DNA of 64,000 bases from an uncultured Verrucomicrobiae bacterium (lineage in GTDB: Bacteria > Chlamydiota > Chlamydiia > Chlamydiales > Rhabdochlamydiaceae), in NCBI GenBank assembly GCA_963718565.1, contig OY970364.1:320001-384000 (forward strand), written 5' to 3'. This document shows, piece after piece, positions 42,340-53,009 of this stretch (positions are counted from its first letter, which is position 1; each line of letters begins with the position of its first letter). Under the pieces are notes generated by a model. That model worked only from the letters and a program-made list of their open reading frames with translations. It was not told the origin of the DNA and did not search any database. The translations under genes and the position numbers were made by a program.

Positions 42340-43389
42340 TTTAGACTCTTAAATAGATAATTTCTGTTTTTATTTATAACCTTCTTCTAATTTAAAAATG
42401 AATATGTTTCAAGAATATATACCGAAATGAATTCAGGATTTGGACTTTAGAGAGTACGTCCTTAAAAACTCATGGCAAAAGTTGAAGACCATTTTGATCC
42501 ATGCCAAACTTACCACTTATCGATCTTGATTGGGCACGGATCGAAATGGTCTTCAACTTTTGCCAGAGTCTTCAAGGAAGTTAATGTACGTGCTACCAGT
42601 TAAGGTGTGGCCGGAGAGGCTGTTTGATAACGCTCATGAACAAATTGTGCTAAATCGATCGGATCCCCTCGAAACCACCGACTCAAATACTCCCAAAAGC
42701 TCACGCCAAGTCTGGCGCATGTCTGCTTGAGCGTCAATAGGCCGTCTCGAAATTGTCTGCCCTCTACGCTTTTGGTAGTGCCAGAGATATTTCTTCGTTT
42801 AGCCACACCTCGGATATCTTGCTCATATTCAGCAGTTGGTTAAGCCCCTTCTTTTTTCGGTACTTTTTCCCCATATGTTCTTCAAGCCGGTTGAGCCAAT
42901 CATCCTTAACGCCACATTGGAAGAGATGCCATATGAATGCTTCATTGATCGCATAACCCTCTTTACCTTGGAGTAAAATTCTCAGGAAGTTTTTCCGTGA
43001 TTTGCTGGAGGCTGTTGTGTAATAAGCAAAATACTCACCTCCTATATGCGTGCAATATACATTTTTGTGTTGATGCACGCACTATACTACCATCGGGAGA
43101 TTGCCAGACCTCGAGCTTATAGGTTATGTCCTTAGGCACAGTCTCTAGTTCTTGAACGACATAGGTCTGGTAGCCCTTAAAGCGAGATCCTTTTGGGATT
43201 CCTGTGGCTACAATGCGCACTTCCTGTTGTACTTTCTGTGGAACCATTCCTCTTGCAGTAGTCGAGTTGATCCTACCAGTATTATTACCAGGAGCTCCGT
43301 GCGCTGCCCCCCAAAAACTGGACACTGGAATAAGAAATTAAATCGAGTGTAAAGTTTTTCTCTAAAAAAACAAAAAGGAGAAAAACATT

Positions 43390-43677
43390 ATGGCTAAACG
43401 AATCTCGCACCAAGCCAGTTTTAAAGGCAGGGTAGCGCTTGAGGCATTAAAGGAAGACAAGACACTATCAGACTTGGCCCAACAATTCAAAATACATCCA
43501 GCACAAATCACCAAATGGAAAAGTCAAGCAGTTCAAGGCATCTCGCGGCTGTTTGAAGATAGGCGTAAAAAAAAATCGGCCCCAGATATAGACATTGAGG
43601 CGCTTTATGCCCAAATAGGCAGGCTTCAGTCTCAGCTCGAATTTTTGAAAAAAAAAACCGGGGTTGACAACTCTTGA
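43390..43677 (+). CDS. IS3 type b OrfA
   Basis: FKGRVALEALK...LYAQIGRLQ...FLKKK. A10 run at 43648-43657. Confidence 0.9.
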   Translation: MAKRISHQASFKGRVALEALKEDKTLSDLAQQFKIHPAQITKWKSQAVQGISRLFEDRRKKKSAPDIDIEALYAQIGRLQSQLEFLKKKTGVDNS

Positions 43678-44551
43678 GAAACGCAGGTTGATTGAACCTG
43701 AACATCCCATGTTATCTGTCGAGGCTCAATGTGAAGCGTTGGGCCTCCCTCGATCTAGTTATTACTATGCTCCTATAGTAGAGTCAGAGGAAACCCTTGC
43801 TCTTATGCAGAAAATAGAAGAATTGCATTATGCGCAACCCGAATATGGTTATAGAAAAATACATGCCGATTTAAGGCGTGAGGGATTTAACGTGAATGAA
43901 AAAAGGATTGAGAGGTTATGGAGAAAAATGGGGTTTTTATCTGTTCTTCCCAGAAAAAACCTCAGCAAACCCTCCGCATCACACCCGCACTATCCCTATT
44001 TATTAAATGGTTTGTGGATTGGAACTCCTAACCAGGTTTTCAGTGCCGATATAACATTTCTCCCATTGGCTAACGGTTTTGTCTATCTGATTACAGTGAC
44101 CGATTGGTTTAGCAGATACGTGCTTGCTCAGGAGCTCTCGAACACTATAACTGTGGATTTTTGTCTTGCAGCACTAGAAATAGCCTTACAGAAAACGTGT
44201 CCAGAATATTTTAACACGGATCAAGGGTCTCAATTTACAAGCACCGCGTTTCTAGAATTATTGCGGCAACGGGGTATCAAGATCAGCATGGACGGCAAGG
44301 GCAGGTGCATTGACAACGTCTATCAAGAGAGAGGTTGGTGGTCTCTGAAATACGAAAAAATATATTTACATCGTTATGAAACAGTAAGAGCACTGCGTGC
44401 TGGGGTTGATGAGTATATCGAGCATTTCAATTGCAGTAGACCGCATCAGGCCTTATTGTATGCGACACCCAATGAAATTTATCATGGAATCAAACCCAAA
44501 TATTCAAAAGGAGAGTACAAAGGATTCGAAGTCAAAAAAGCAAAAAAATGA
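43664..44551 (+). CDS. IS3 type b OrfB (DDE core)
   Basis: FSADITF, TDWFSR, NTDQGSQF, GRCIDNVYQER. Confidence 0.92.
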   Translation: MTTLEKRRLIEPEHPMLSVEAQCEALGLPRSSYYYAPIVESEETLALMQKIEELHYAQPEYGYRKIHADLRREGFNVNEKRIERLWRKMGFLSVLPRKNLSKPSASHPHYPYLLNGLWIGTPNQVFSADITFLPLANGFVYLITVTDWFSRYVLAQELSNTITVDFCLAALEIALQKTCPEYFNTDQGSQFTSTAFLELLRQRGIKISMDGKGRCIDNVYQERGWWSLKYEKIYLHRYETVRALRAGVDEYIEHFNCSRPHQALLYATPNEIYHGIKPKYSKGEYKGFEVKKAKK

Positions 44552-45423
44552 AAGTTGAAAATCCAAGAACGTTTGTGTACGTATATGCCAAGCATTCCGA
44601 GGGCTTTTCAAGAAGCCTGTCCGGCTTATTTGGGAAAGGCTTGTCGGGGGACTACCGTCCCCCCTGCTCCCGCCTTCGGCGGATGGGGCCCCTACCCCAT
44701 CCACCTCAGTTTGGGCATTATAAGGTCTGTTTTTCAGAATAAGAGGAGGGTCGGGGCTTCGCCCCCGCACCCCCGAAAACAGGAAAGTTCTCACTGGAGA
44801 AAAAAGAAGAAAAGAAAAAAAGAGATTGTAGGAAATATAACCTTAGAATAATATGCAGCGAATATGAGCTGCAGAATGGCTTATAGAGAAAGACTTAACA
44901 CAGAGAGTTACTTATTCCCCTCGATTTTCTGTCCAACTTTTTGTCGGCAGCGCACCGCTCCTCGCCTTGGGGTTTCCTCCTCCTGGCCTGAATTTAGGTC
45001 TTTTAGGCGTTTTTGTTAGACGTGTGATTTCATCTTTGAGTTCTTGCACTGTCTTCTTCAAAGAGACTATTTCCTCGCTCTGCTCCTGAACAAGGACGAC
45101 GATTGTCTGAAGCCAAGGAACAGCGTGCAGTTCTGAAGGGATCTTAGAAAGGCATTTGTTTGAGTTCATGCCAGAGCAGTCTAAATATAGGGCGCTCTGT
45201 TATCAAGCGAAAGTTTTATTAATGGGTCTGGGCGTTTTGTTCTGACTTTACAAGCCGCTCAATTCATACCTCCTCGGAGACCTGTGGCAAGCACTGAATG
45301 TCATTTGGATCCATGCCAGGCTTTGCATTTATCGATCTCAATCAGGCATGGATCCAAATGGTCTTCAACTTTTGCCATGAGTTTTTAAGGACGTACATTT
45401 TTGATGCATTTTTTTGCCGCTTC

Positions 45424-45489
45424 TATACTGAAGAAACTTCAAAAACTGGTTTTTTTAGCCTCCCTGTAACGGACTGTACGAACACAGCC
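45424..45489. repeat. TATACTGAAGAAACTTC repeat family; overlaps the uvrA stop codon
   Basis: Direct copy at 52478-52542. Inverted terminal 22 bp at 26172-26193. Confidence 0.85.
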
Positions 45490-48400
45490 TCTCTTTACCT
45501 TTCAGAAATTGCAACTGTTCGCGCAGATAGGGGGCTGTTAATGAATTCTTATTTCGGGCGATTTCTTCCGGAGTGCCGGATGCAACGATTTTTCCTCCGT
45601 GCTCTCCGCTACCCGGACCCATGTCAATGATGTAATCGGCAGCAGCGATCACATCGAGGTTATGCTCGATGATGACGACCGTATTGCCCATTTCGACCAA
45701 GCGTTGGAAGATGAGAAGAAGTTTCACGATATCGTCCGTATGAAGCCCGACAGTGGGCTCATCGAATAAATAGAGAGTATTGCCCGTCGAACGTTTGGCA
45801 AGTTCTCGGGAAAGTCTTATTCTCTGTGCTTCGCCGCCAGAAAGAGTGGCGATTTCTTGGCCCAATTGGAGATAGCTGAGTCCGACCGAAATCAATGTTT
45901 CCAAAATACGCACGGACTTAGGGATCGGAGGCAAAAAAGAAAGAGCCTCTTCGGCTGTCATCTGCAAGATCTGGCCGAGGTGCTTGCCTTTGGTCGTGAC
46001 TTTTAGACTTAATGGATTGAGCCGAAAACCGTGGCAGGATTCGCAAACGACCTTCACCGGGGGTAAAAATTGCAAAGAAATATGACGCGTTCCTAGCCCC
46101 CAGCAAGCCGTGCACATCCCTTTTCGATGATTGAAACTAAAATTCTTAGGGCTCAAACCGCGTGCTTTAGCTTCGGGTAGCGAGGCAAAGAAATAACGTA
46201 AAACAGAGAGTAAGTCGATATAGGTACTGACATCTGCTCGAATGGTGTGGCCGATAGGACTTTGATCAAGAACAAGGAGTTTGTCAAAGGCATCCGCTCC
46301 CAGAAATTGTCCGCCGCCGTAAACGATTTCCTTAGCCCCTTTTGATCTCCCTCTTTTACCGCGCAATGCGATTTCAACAGCAGGTTGCAGAAGGTTGTTG
46401 AGCAGGGTCGATTTTCCTGACCCAGAAACGCCTGTGATACACGTGATGGTTTGAAGGGGGATATCGACATCGACATTTTTAAGGTTGTGCATTGTCGCAT
46501 GGCGAATGCGATAGAACTCTGTAGATATGCGCCGAGAAGCAGGCAGGGGAATTTTTTTCTTGCCGCTTAAGTATTGACCCGTCAAAGAGTCGGGGTTTCG
46601 TTTGATCTCATCAAAGGTTCCCGATGCAATGATTTTTCCTCCCTGTTTTCCAGCCATGGGCCCAAAATCGAGGATATAGTCAGCGAGTTTGATCGTGAGC
46701 GGGTCGTGCTCGACTAGCAACAGTGTATTGCCGAGAGAGCAGAGCTGCGTTAAAGAGTGATTTAAGCGTTCGTTGTCATGAGGATGAAGGCCAATCGTCG
46801 GCTCATCGAGGACATAAAGACAGCCAGTGAGGCCGCTGCCCAGTTGCCTTGCAAGGCGAATCCGCTGAGATTCTCCGCCGGAGAGTGTTGGAGCGCTGCG
46901 CTCTAATGCAAGGTATCCCAGGCCAATTGCGCGAAGAAAATGAAGGCGTGATTTCAATTGCCTTAAAGTCTCTTCGAGGAACATCTGGTCATCATCGGAA
47001 AGCGTGATGTTTTCGATGAATGCGAATGCTGCGTCGATGGGCAAGCGGCAAAGGTCCACAAGTGACACATTGTGAATTCTGACATTGCGGGCGAGGGGAT
47101 TGAGCCGTGTTCCTTGGCAGGAAAGGCATGGAGTTTGGTCGAGCAAGGGAAGCAGAGGCTCGCGGATTTCAGGATCAGAACTTTTGGCCAGCATAGCCAG
47201 AACAGGATTAAATCCACGCCATTTAAAAAGAACGCCCTGATGCTTGACTTCTTTATCTTCTTTGGGCCCAGACAAGAGCAGCTGCAATTGGTCTGTTGTC
47301 AATTCCGAAAGGGGAGCTTTAGGTTCGATCTTCGTTTTTTTGAGAAACTCGAGAAAAACAGCAAGGGTCTCTTTGGTCACGTTCTCTTTCCAGAGCAAAC
47401 GTAGAAGGTTGAGGGAACTCATTTTCATCATTTCTGAATGGCGTGTGAGATCGGCCCCGTACTGAAAGCCGAGTCCTTGGCAATCGAGACACATTCCTTG
47501 CTCCGTATTAAAAGAGAAAGTATGCGGCGTGATCGGCGGATAAGATTTTCCCGTACTGGGATCTGCAAAAGAAAGATTGAAAAAGAGATCTTGCTCCTCC
47601 AGCGCAGCGACAAGCGTTCCTCCGGAAAGAGTGGCGGCCTGATCGATCGCATCAAAGAGACGTTTCTTATGTTCTGCGGAGACGATCAAACGATCGATGA
47701 CAAGGAATAATGCGTTTTTGCGTTGTTTGTCAAAAGGAATCTCTTGATCCAGTTCGTGATAGACATTGTTCAAGCGGATGCGCAGAAAACCTTGGCGCTG
47801 TAACTTGTCTTTGAGTTCTTCAAATTTTTCATTGCGTTTAAGGGCCAATGGAGAAAGAATCTGTAATTTTGTTCGATGGGGAAGTTCAAGCAATCGTTTA
47901 AGGACAATGTCTTTGCTCATTGTACGAATCTCTTTGCCGGTGTCAGGACTGTAGGCTGTGCCGAGATGAGCGTAAAGCACTCTTAAAAAGTCATAAGCTT
48001 CTGTCATCGTGCCGATGGTGCTGCGCGGGTTGCCGGCATGGCTTTTTTGTTCGATAGCAATTGCGGGAGAAAGCCCTTCGACATTCTCAACTTTTGGCTT
48101 CGGCATCTGCTTGACAAATCCGCGGGCATAGGCTGACATCGATTCAATATAACGGCGTTGTCCTTCAGAATACACAGTTTCAAAGGCAAATGAAGATTTT
48201 CCCGAGCCGGAAGGGCCGGTGCATACAGTGATTTTTCCACGAGGGATGTGGGCATCGACTGCCTTTAAATTGTTTTGCGCGGCGCCCTCTACAGTAATGT
48301 GCTGAGTAGGTTGCCGAGGTTGCGAAGTCTGCTTTGCAATGGGTGCGATAGGCGAGGATCGTAAAAACAGCTTTAGCGCTTCTCCAGTTGGGGTTTTCAT

Positions 48401-51184
48401 TTTCGCAATGTTTTCAGGAGTTCCCGCAGCGACGAGTTCTCCACCGAATTTTCCACCTTCGGGCCCTAAATCGATGATCCAGTCCGCACATTTGACAAGA
48501 TCCATGTGATGCTCAATCACAAGAACTGTGTTGCCTCGCTCAATCAGTTTTTGCAAGACATTAATCAATTTTTTGATGTCGTGAAAATGCAATCCCGTCG
48601 TCGGCTCATCGAGAATATACATCGTATTTCCGCTGGAGGGGCGGGAAAGTTCTTTGGCAAGCTTGATGCGCTGCGCCTCGCCCCCCGAAAGTGTGGGAGA
48701 GGGCTGTCCCAATTTAATGTAGTCTAGCCCAACATCCATCAGAGTCTCAAGCTTGGATTTAAGATGAGGGATTGCAGAAAAGAACTGAACGCCCTCGCTG
48801 ACGGTCATTTCGAGAACCTCGTAAATGCTTTTGCCGCGATAAAGGATAGAAAGAGTGTTTGGGTCAAAACGCTGTCCTTTACAATGCTCGCAAGGGATCC
48901 ACTCATCTTCCATGAAGTCCATGTCAATTTTGATCATCCCCATTCCAGAGCAATGCGGGCAGGAACCGTCTTTGACATTGAAGCTGAAGCGGCCCGCTTT
49001 ATAGCCTGAGGCAACACTTTCAGGAAGTTGACTGAATAGATCTCGGATATCGTCAAAGAGTTTGATGAAAGTTGCGGGATTGGAGCGCGGCGTACGGCCG
49101 ATAGGGGTTTGGTCGATGGCGATCACTTTATCGATCTGATTAAGTCCATGAACCGCTTTATATTTGCCCACAGGAAGCTGAGAATTGTGCAAATGGTTGG
49201 AAAGAATCGGATAGAGCGTGTCGCTGATTAGTGAAGATTTGCCAGATCCAGAAACTCCGGTGATAGCGACAAACAGTTTCAGTGGGATTTCGACGCTAAT
49301 CCCTTTTAGGTTGTGATGAGAGGCTTTTTCAATCGTCAGAGTATGGGCAAATGAGCGCCGTTTAGGGATAGAAATCTGTTTTTTCCCTGAGAGATAAGCC
49401 CCTGTGAGAGAATCTGGAGAAGAGAGAAGTTCTTGCAGACTGCCTTGCACAATGACTTTGCCGCCAAACTGTCCAGCTAAAGGCCCCACATCGATAATGG
49501 TATCTGCAGCACGGATAGTTTCTTCATCATGTTCGACGACGATCACGGTATTTCCTTGATCGCGCAAACTCTTTAAAGTCTGCAGGAGTTTGGCATTATC
49601 TCTGGGATGTAATCCAATAGAAGGCTCGTCGAGAACATAGGTCGCGCCGACAAGTCCCGATCCGATTTGCGATGCCAGCCGGACGCGCTGGGACTCGCCG
49701 CCAGATAGCGTAGGTGCAGTACGCTCTAGGCTGAGATAGTGCAGGCCTACCCCTGTGAGAAAGAGAAGGCGTTGGACGATTTCTTTAAGGAGCTCTTCTG
49801 CAATTGTTGTTTCATTTTTCGTCAGTTTGAGTGTTTGAAAAAATTGAAGGGCATCATCGATGGACATTGCGGTAATGTGTGCAATCCTTTTTCCACCGAC
49901 AGTTGCTGCTGCGGGATAAGGACGGATCTTGGCTCCCGAGCAGTCGGAGCAGATCGATTCATGCATGAACTCTTTCATTTTGGTGCGGTACAAATCGCTG
50001 TGCGCTTGATGGAAACGCTCTTTGGCCTCAAAGAGAACTCCGCGCCATTGGACGTATTCCGTCCATCGACTCTTTTTAATGGGATGGACAAAGCGCATTT
50101 CCGTCCATTTTTTTTCTGTCCCGTAGAGGAAAACATGTTGGGCTTTTTCGGAAAGTTTCTTCCAAGGCATCTTCACATCGAATCCATAGATTTTTGCCAA
50201 ATTATTATAGATATTCCCATAGCGCACTGTCTTGTAAGAGCTCGCAATGGAACAACAATCTTCAGCGATGGAGAGTTCAGGATCGATGATCTTTGCGATA
50301 TCGAATTCCTGAACGATTCCGAGCCCCTGACAAGTCAGGCACATTCCGGAAGGATGATTAAAAGAAAAATCGGCAGGACTCAAAGGGCCGTATGAAAGAT
50401 GAGATTTAGGGGAATAAGCATGCTGGGAAAATAAGGTTTCTTGGCCACTATCCATTTCTAAAACGCTCATGAGTCCCTGACCTACCTCAAGGGCTTGGGT
50501 TAAACTCTCTGCCAAACGGCTGTCATTTTCTGGCCCCAAGGTCAATCTATCGATAACGATATCGATATCATGGGCAACTTTCCCATCCATTTTAATCTCT
50601 TCACTTAAATCAACCACTTTTCCATCGAGGCGGACTCGTGTAAAACCTTTGCGGACAAGTTCGGCAAAATCCTCTTTAAATTCGCCTTTTTTGTTTTTGG
50701 CAAACGGGGCTAGAAGAATGAGGCGCGCTCCTTGCGGCATTTCACGGATCGTGCGTAAGATATGCTCAGCGCTTTGAGGAGTGACGACCTCGCCGCTAAT
50801 TGGACAGTGGGCGATGCCGACCCGCGCAAAGAGCACGCGCATAAAGTCGTAAATTCCTGTCACTGTTCCCACTGTCGATCGCGGATTTCTGCCAGCTGTC
50901 TTTTGTTCGATGGCAATGGTGGGAGAGATTCCACTGATTAGCTCTGCATCCGGCTTGGCAAAATCTCCAAGATGCCTGCGGGCATACGTGGACAATGATT
51001 CAATATAGCGCCGCTGACCTTCCACGTAGATGGTGTCGAATGCAAGCGATGACTTTCCCGAGCCGGAGACTCCGGTAAAGACGATCAATTGGTTGTGGTT
51101 TAAAGTCAGGTCGACATCTTTTAGATTGTGGACCTTGACTTTTTTTAAAATGATTTGCGGTTCTTGCATCAAATTTTTCGACAT
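45455..51184 (-). CDS. uvrA: Excinuclease ABC subunit A, double-length (tandem-duplicated) chlamydial type
   Basis: Four Walker A motifs (GVSGSGKS x3, GPSGSGKS) and four LSGGE signatures in ~1900 aa. Exact start uncertain. Confidence 0.96.
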   Translation of the reverse strand: MSKNLMQEPQIILKKVKVHNLKDVDLTLNHNQLIVFTGVSGSGKSSLAFDTIYVEGQRRYIESLSTYARRHLGDFAKPDAELISGISPTIAIEQKTAGRNPRSTVGTVTGIYDFMRVLFARVGIAHCPISGEVVTPQSAEHILRTIREMPQGARLILLAPFAKNKKGEFKEDFAELVRKGFTRVRLDGKVVDLSEEIKMDGKVAHDIDIVIDRLTLGPENDSRLAESLTQALEVGQGLMSVLEMDSGQETLFSQHAYSPKSHLSYGPLSPADFSFNHPSGMCLTCQGLGIVQEFDIAKIIDPELSIAEDCCSIASSYKTVRYGNIYNNLAKIYGFDVKMPWKKLSEKAQHVFLYGTEKKWTEMRFVHPIKKSRWTEYVQWRGVLFEAKERFHQAHSDLYRTKMKEFMHESICSDCSGAKIRPYPAAATVGGKRIAHITAMSIDDALQFFQTLKLTKNETTIAEELLKEIVQRLLFLTGVGLHYLSLERTAPTLSGGESQRVRLASQIGSGLVGATYVLDEPSIGLHPRDNAKLLQTLKSLRDQGNTVIVVEHDEETIRAADTIIDVGPLAGQFGGKVIVQGSLQELLSSPDSLTGAYLSGKKQISIPKRRSFAHTLTIEKASHHNLKGISVEIPLKLFVAITGVSGSGKSSLISDTLYPILSNHLHNSQLPVGKYKAVHGLNQIDKVIAIDQTPIGRTPRSNPATFIKLFDDIRDLFSQLPESVASGYKAGRFSFNVKDGSCPHCSGMGMIKIDMDFMEDEWIPCEHCKGQRFDPNTLSILYRGKSIYEVLEMTVSEGVQFFSAIPHLKSKLETLMDVGLDYIKLGQPSPTLSGGEAQRIKLAKELSRPSSGNTMYILDEPTTGLHFHDIKKLINVLQKLIERGNTVLVIEHHMDLVKCADWIIDLGPEGGKFGGELVAAGTPENIAKMKTPTGEALKLFLRSSPIAPIAKQTSQPRQPTQHITVEGAAQNNLKAVDAHIPRGKITVCTGPSGSGKSSFAFETVYSEGQRRYIESMSAYARGFVKQMPKPKVENVEGLSPAIAIEQKSHAGNPRSTIGTMTEAYDFLRVLYAHLGTAYSPDTGKEIRTMSKDIVLKRLLELPHRTKLQILSPLALKRNEKFEELKDKLQRQGFLRIRLNNVYHELDQEIPFDKQRKNALFLVIDRLIVSAEHKKRLFDAIDQAATLSGGTLVAALEEQDLFFNLSFADPSTGKSYPPITPHTFSFNTEQGMCLDCQGLGFQYGADLTRHSEMMKMSSLNLLRLLWKENVTKETLAVFLEFLKKTKIEPKAPLSELTTDQLQLLLSGPKEDKEVKHQGVLFKWRGFNPVLAMLAKSSDPEIREPLLPLLDQTPCLSCQGTRLNPLARNVRIHNVSLVDLCRLPIDAAFAFIENITLSDDDQMFLEETLRQLKSRLHFLRAIGLGYLALERSAPTLSGGESQRIRLARQLGSGLTGCLYVLDEPTIGLHPHDNERLNHSLTQLCSLGNTLLLVEHDPLTIKLADYILDFGPMAGKQGGKIIASGTFDEIKRNPDSLTGQYLSGKKKIPLPASRRISTEFYRIRHATMHNLKNVDVDIPLQTITCITGVSGSGKSTLLNNLLQPAVEIALRGKRGRSKGAKEIVYGGGQFLGADAFDKLLVLDQSPIGHTIRADVSTYIDLLSVLRYFFASLPEAKARGLSPKNFSFNHRKGMCTACWGLGTRHISLQFLPPVKVVCESCHGFRLNPLSLKVTTKGKHLGQILQMTAEEALSFLPPIPKSVRILETLISVGLSYLQLGQEIATLSGGEAQRIRLSRELAKRSTGNTLYLFDEPTVGLHTDDIVKLLLIFQRLVEMGNTVVIIEHNLDVIAAADYIIDMGPGSGEHGGKIVASGTPEEIARNKNSLTAPYLREQLQFLKGKERLCSYSPLQGG

Positions 51185-51216
51185 TAGGACAAGATTTAAG
51201 TACAATTACAAGAAGT

Positions 51217-51390
51217 TATACCGAAATGAATTCAAGATTTGGGAATTTGGCAAGGAGGCGCCCTGAATTTGAGCCAGTGTATGCGGCGCCGAAGCAGCAC
51301 AACTTGAATAAGTTGTGCGATGCAGGCGGGCTCAAATACAGCGGCTGCCCGACGTAGCCAAAAACCAAATCTTGAGTTCATTTCGGTATA
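51217..51390. mobile_element. Palindromic MITE (174 bp) in the divergent uvrA/galE intergenic region
   Basis: IRs TATACCGAAATGAA(T/C)TCAAGATTTGG. An isolated arm lies at 42418-42443. Confidence 0.85.
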
Positions 51391-51426
51391 TTTTCTACTT
51401 TTTGAATTTCTTAGTCACTATGCAAT

Positions 51427-52473
51427 ATGGTTGCTAGACTTTTTCTTGTTGTCATCTTGATTTTTAACTTTTTACCCGGATGGGGAAAAGAGATTTCCCA
51501 AGCTGTTCTTGTGACCGGCGGGGCAGGGTATATTGGGACGCAGACTTGCAAGGCCTTAAAGGAAGCAAGCTATTTCCCCATTGTTTATGATAATTTATCG
51601 CATGGTCATGCCCAAGCTGTCAAATGGGGGGTTTTAGAAATTGGGGACATTTCGGATCGAAAAAAACTCTATCAAGTCATCGATAAGTACCATCCTATTG
51701 CTGTCATCCATTTTGCAGGGTTCAAATCGGTAGGGGAATCTGGGAAGGATCCTGCCAAATATTATCTTAACAACGTTTGCGGCTCTGCGATTTTACTCGA
51801 TGCCATGCGGGAAAAAGGAGTGAACAAGGTGATTCTTTCAAGTACTGCGACATTGTATGGTCAAGTCTCAAAATTTTGTCCGATCAAAGAGACAGACGCA
51901 TGTCAACCCATCAATCCTTATGGAACCTCAAAATGGATGGTGGAAAAGATGATTCAAGATTTTAATCAAGCCTATGGTTTGCAATATGTGATTCTGCGTT
52001 ATTTCAATGTGGCAGGTGCGGATCTCCAATCCCAATGCGGAGAGAGGGGATCTTCTCCACAGAATCTGATCCCTATCATCCTTCAAGTGGCTAGCAAGAA
52101 AAGAGAAGAATTACAGATTTTTGGAAGCGACTATCCGACACCTGATGGAACGGCGATTCGCGATTACATTCACGTCGTTGATCTTGCAGATGCTCATGTT
52201 AAAGCATTGCAATATTTGCTCAAGGCTAATCCCAGCGCCATCATCAATGTCGGCACTGGGAAAGGATCTTCGGTTAAAGAAGTTGTGGCAGTCGCGCGAT
52301 CAGTCACAAAGCAAATCATTCCAGTGAAAGAGGCTCCTCGCCGTGCAGGGGACCCTCCCTTTTTAACGGCGGATGATGAGCGCGCTAAAAAACTATTGGG
52401 CTGGGAGGCAAAGCATTCGGATCTAGAGACGATTATTGAAAGCGAATGGAAGTGGATCCAGCTCCAGCAATAG
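51427..52473 (+). CDS. galE: UDP-glucose 4-epimerase with a hydrophobic N-terminal extension
   Basis: VLVTGGAGYIG, HFAGFKSVGES, YGTSK, LRYFN, RDYIHVVDLA. Confidence 0.92.
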   Translation: MVARLFLVVILIFNFLPGWGKEISQAVLVTGGAGYIGTQTCKALKEASYFPIVYDNLSHGHAQAVKWGVLEIGDISDRKKLYQVIDKYHPIAVIHFAGFKSVGESGKDPAKYYLNNVCGSAILLDAMREKGVNKVILSSTATLYGQVSKFCPIKETDACQPINPYGTSKWMVEKMIQDFNQAYGLQYVILRYFNVAGADLQSQCGERGSSPQNLIPIILQVASKKREELQIFGSDYPTPDGTAIRDYIHVVDLADAHVKALQYLLKANPSAIINVGTGKGSSVKEVVAVARSVTKQIIPVKEAPRRAGDPPFLTADDERAKKLLGWEAKHSDLETIIESEWKWIQLQQ

Positions 52474-52656
52474 AGGCTATACTGAAGAAACTTCAAAAAT
52501 TAGTTTTTTTAGCCTCCCTGTAACGACTGTGCGAACACAGCCGGCAGGAGATTAACGCAAAGACGCAGAGCCGCGAAGTCGCGGAGATTTTATAAATCAT
52601 TACCATCAGATTGCTATAGCGCACTATGCCTTCAAGCACATAGCAACTTTCAATTT

Positions 52657-52782
52657 TTAAACCCAGCTGTTAGGGGGTTTAGGTCGGCAGGGACATTTGC
52701 AATTGATGTTCTCTGCATAGGCGGTTCCTAGGAAAAACAATAGGCACATGATTCCTAGAAATAATCTTGATTGGTTTTTCAT
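52657..52782 (-). CDS. Small secreted Cys-rich peptide (41 aa), below the ORF-track cutoff
   Basis: AGGAGG RBS 6 nt before the ATG. Translation MKNQSRLFLGIMCLLFFLGTAYA-ENINCKCPCRPKPPNSWV*. Confidence 0.6.
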   Translation of the reverse strand: MKNQSRLFLGIMCLLFFLGTAYAENINCKCPCRPKPPNSWV

Positions 52783-53009
52783 CTTACACCTCCTATTTTT
52801 CACGAACACAGGCTTGAAACTCAAGATTTGCTTATATATCTATTGCGCTTAATTAACAAGAGAAAATGGGGTAATTTACTTTCCCGATGAAAATTTTCCG
52901 CTAGGAAAATTCTTCATCGAGAATGGCTCCCTTTACTTCCAGTGATTGCAAATTTGCCAGATTCGTTTTACTATGTGGGAAAATCAAGCACTTTAAAAAA
53001 CATCGCTTC

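Larger units (their letters stand above)
43300..44954 (+). mobile_element. IS3-family type b, complete copy (1655 bp)
   Basis: TGCGCTGCC...GGCAGCGCA ends. 3-bp TSD CCG (43297-99, 44955-57). Confidence 0.95.
42454..45396 (-). mobile_element. Decayed IS66-family element (internally deleted transposase) interrupted by IS3 type b
   Basis: ~48-bp terminal IRs GTACGTCCTTAAAAACTCATGGCAAAAGTTGAAGACCATTT. Transposase fragments 45169-44955, 43299-43075, 43078-42785 and 42785-42600 (GRQFRDGLLTLKQTCARLGVSFWEYL). Confidence 0.8.

Noticed and set aside
44504..44851. Passenger ORFs in the IS3b tail (also 60420-60821)
   Set aside because: Short overlapping frames over GC-rich hairpins with no recognisable motifs.
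45455..51205. Double-length UvrA as a novelty
   Set aside because: Tandem-duplicated UvrA is an established chlamydial feature.
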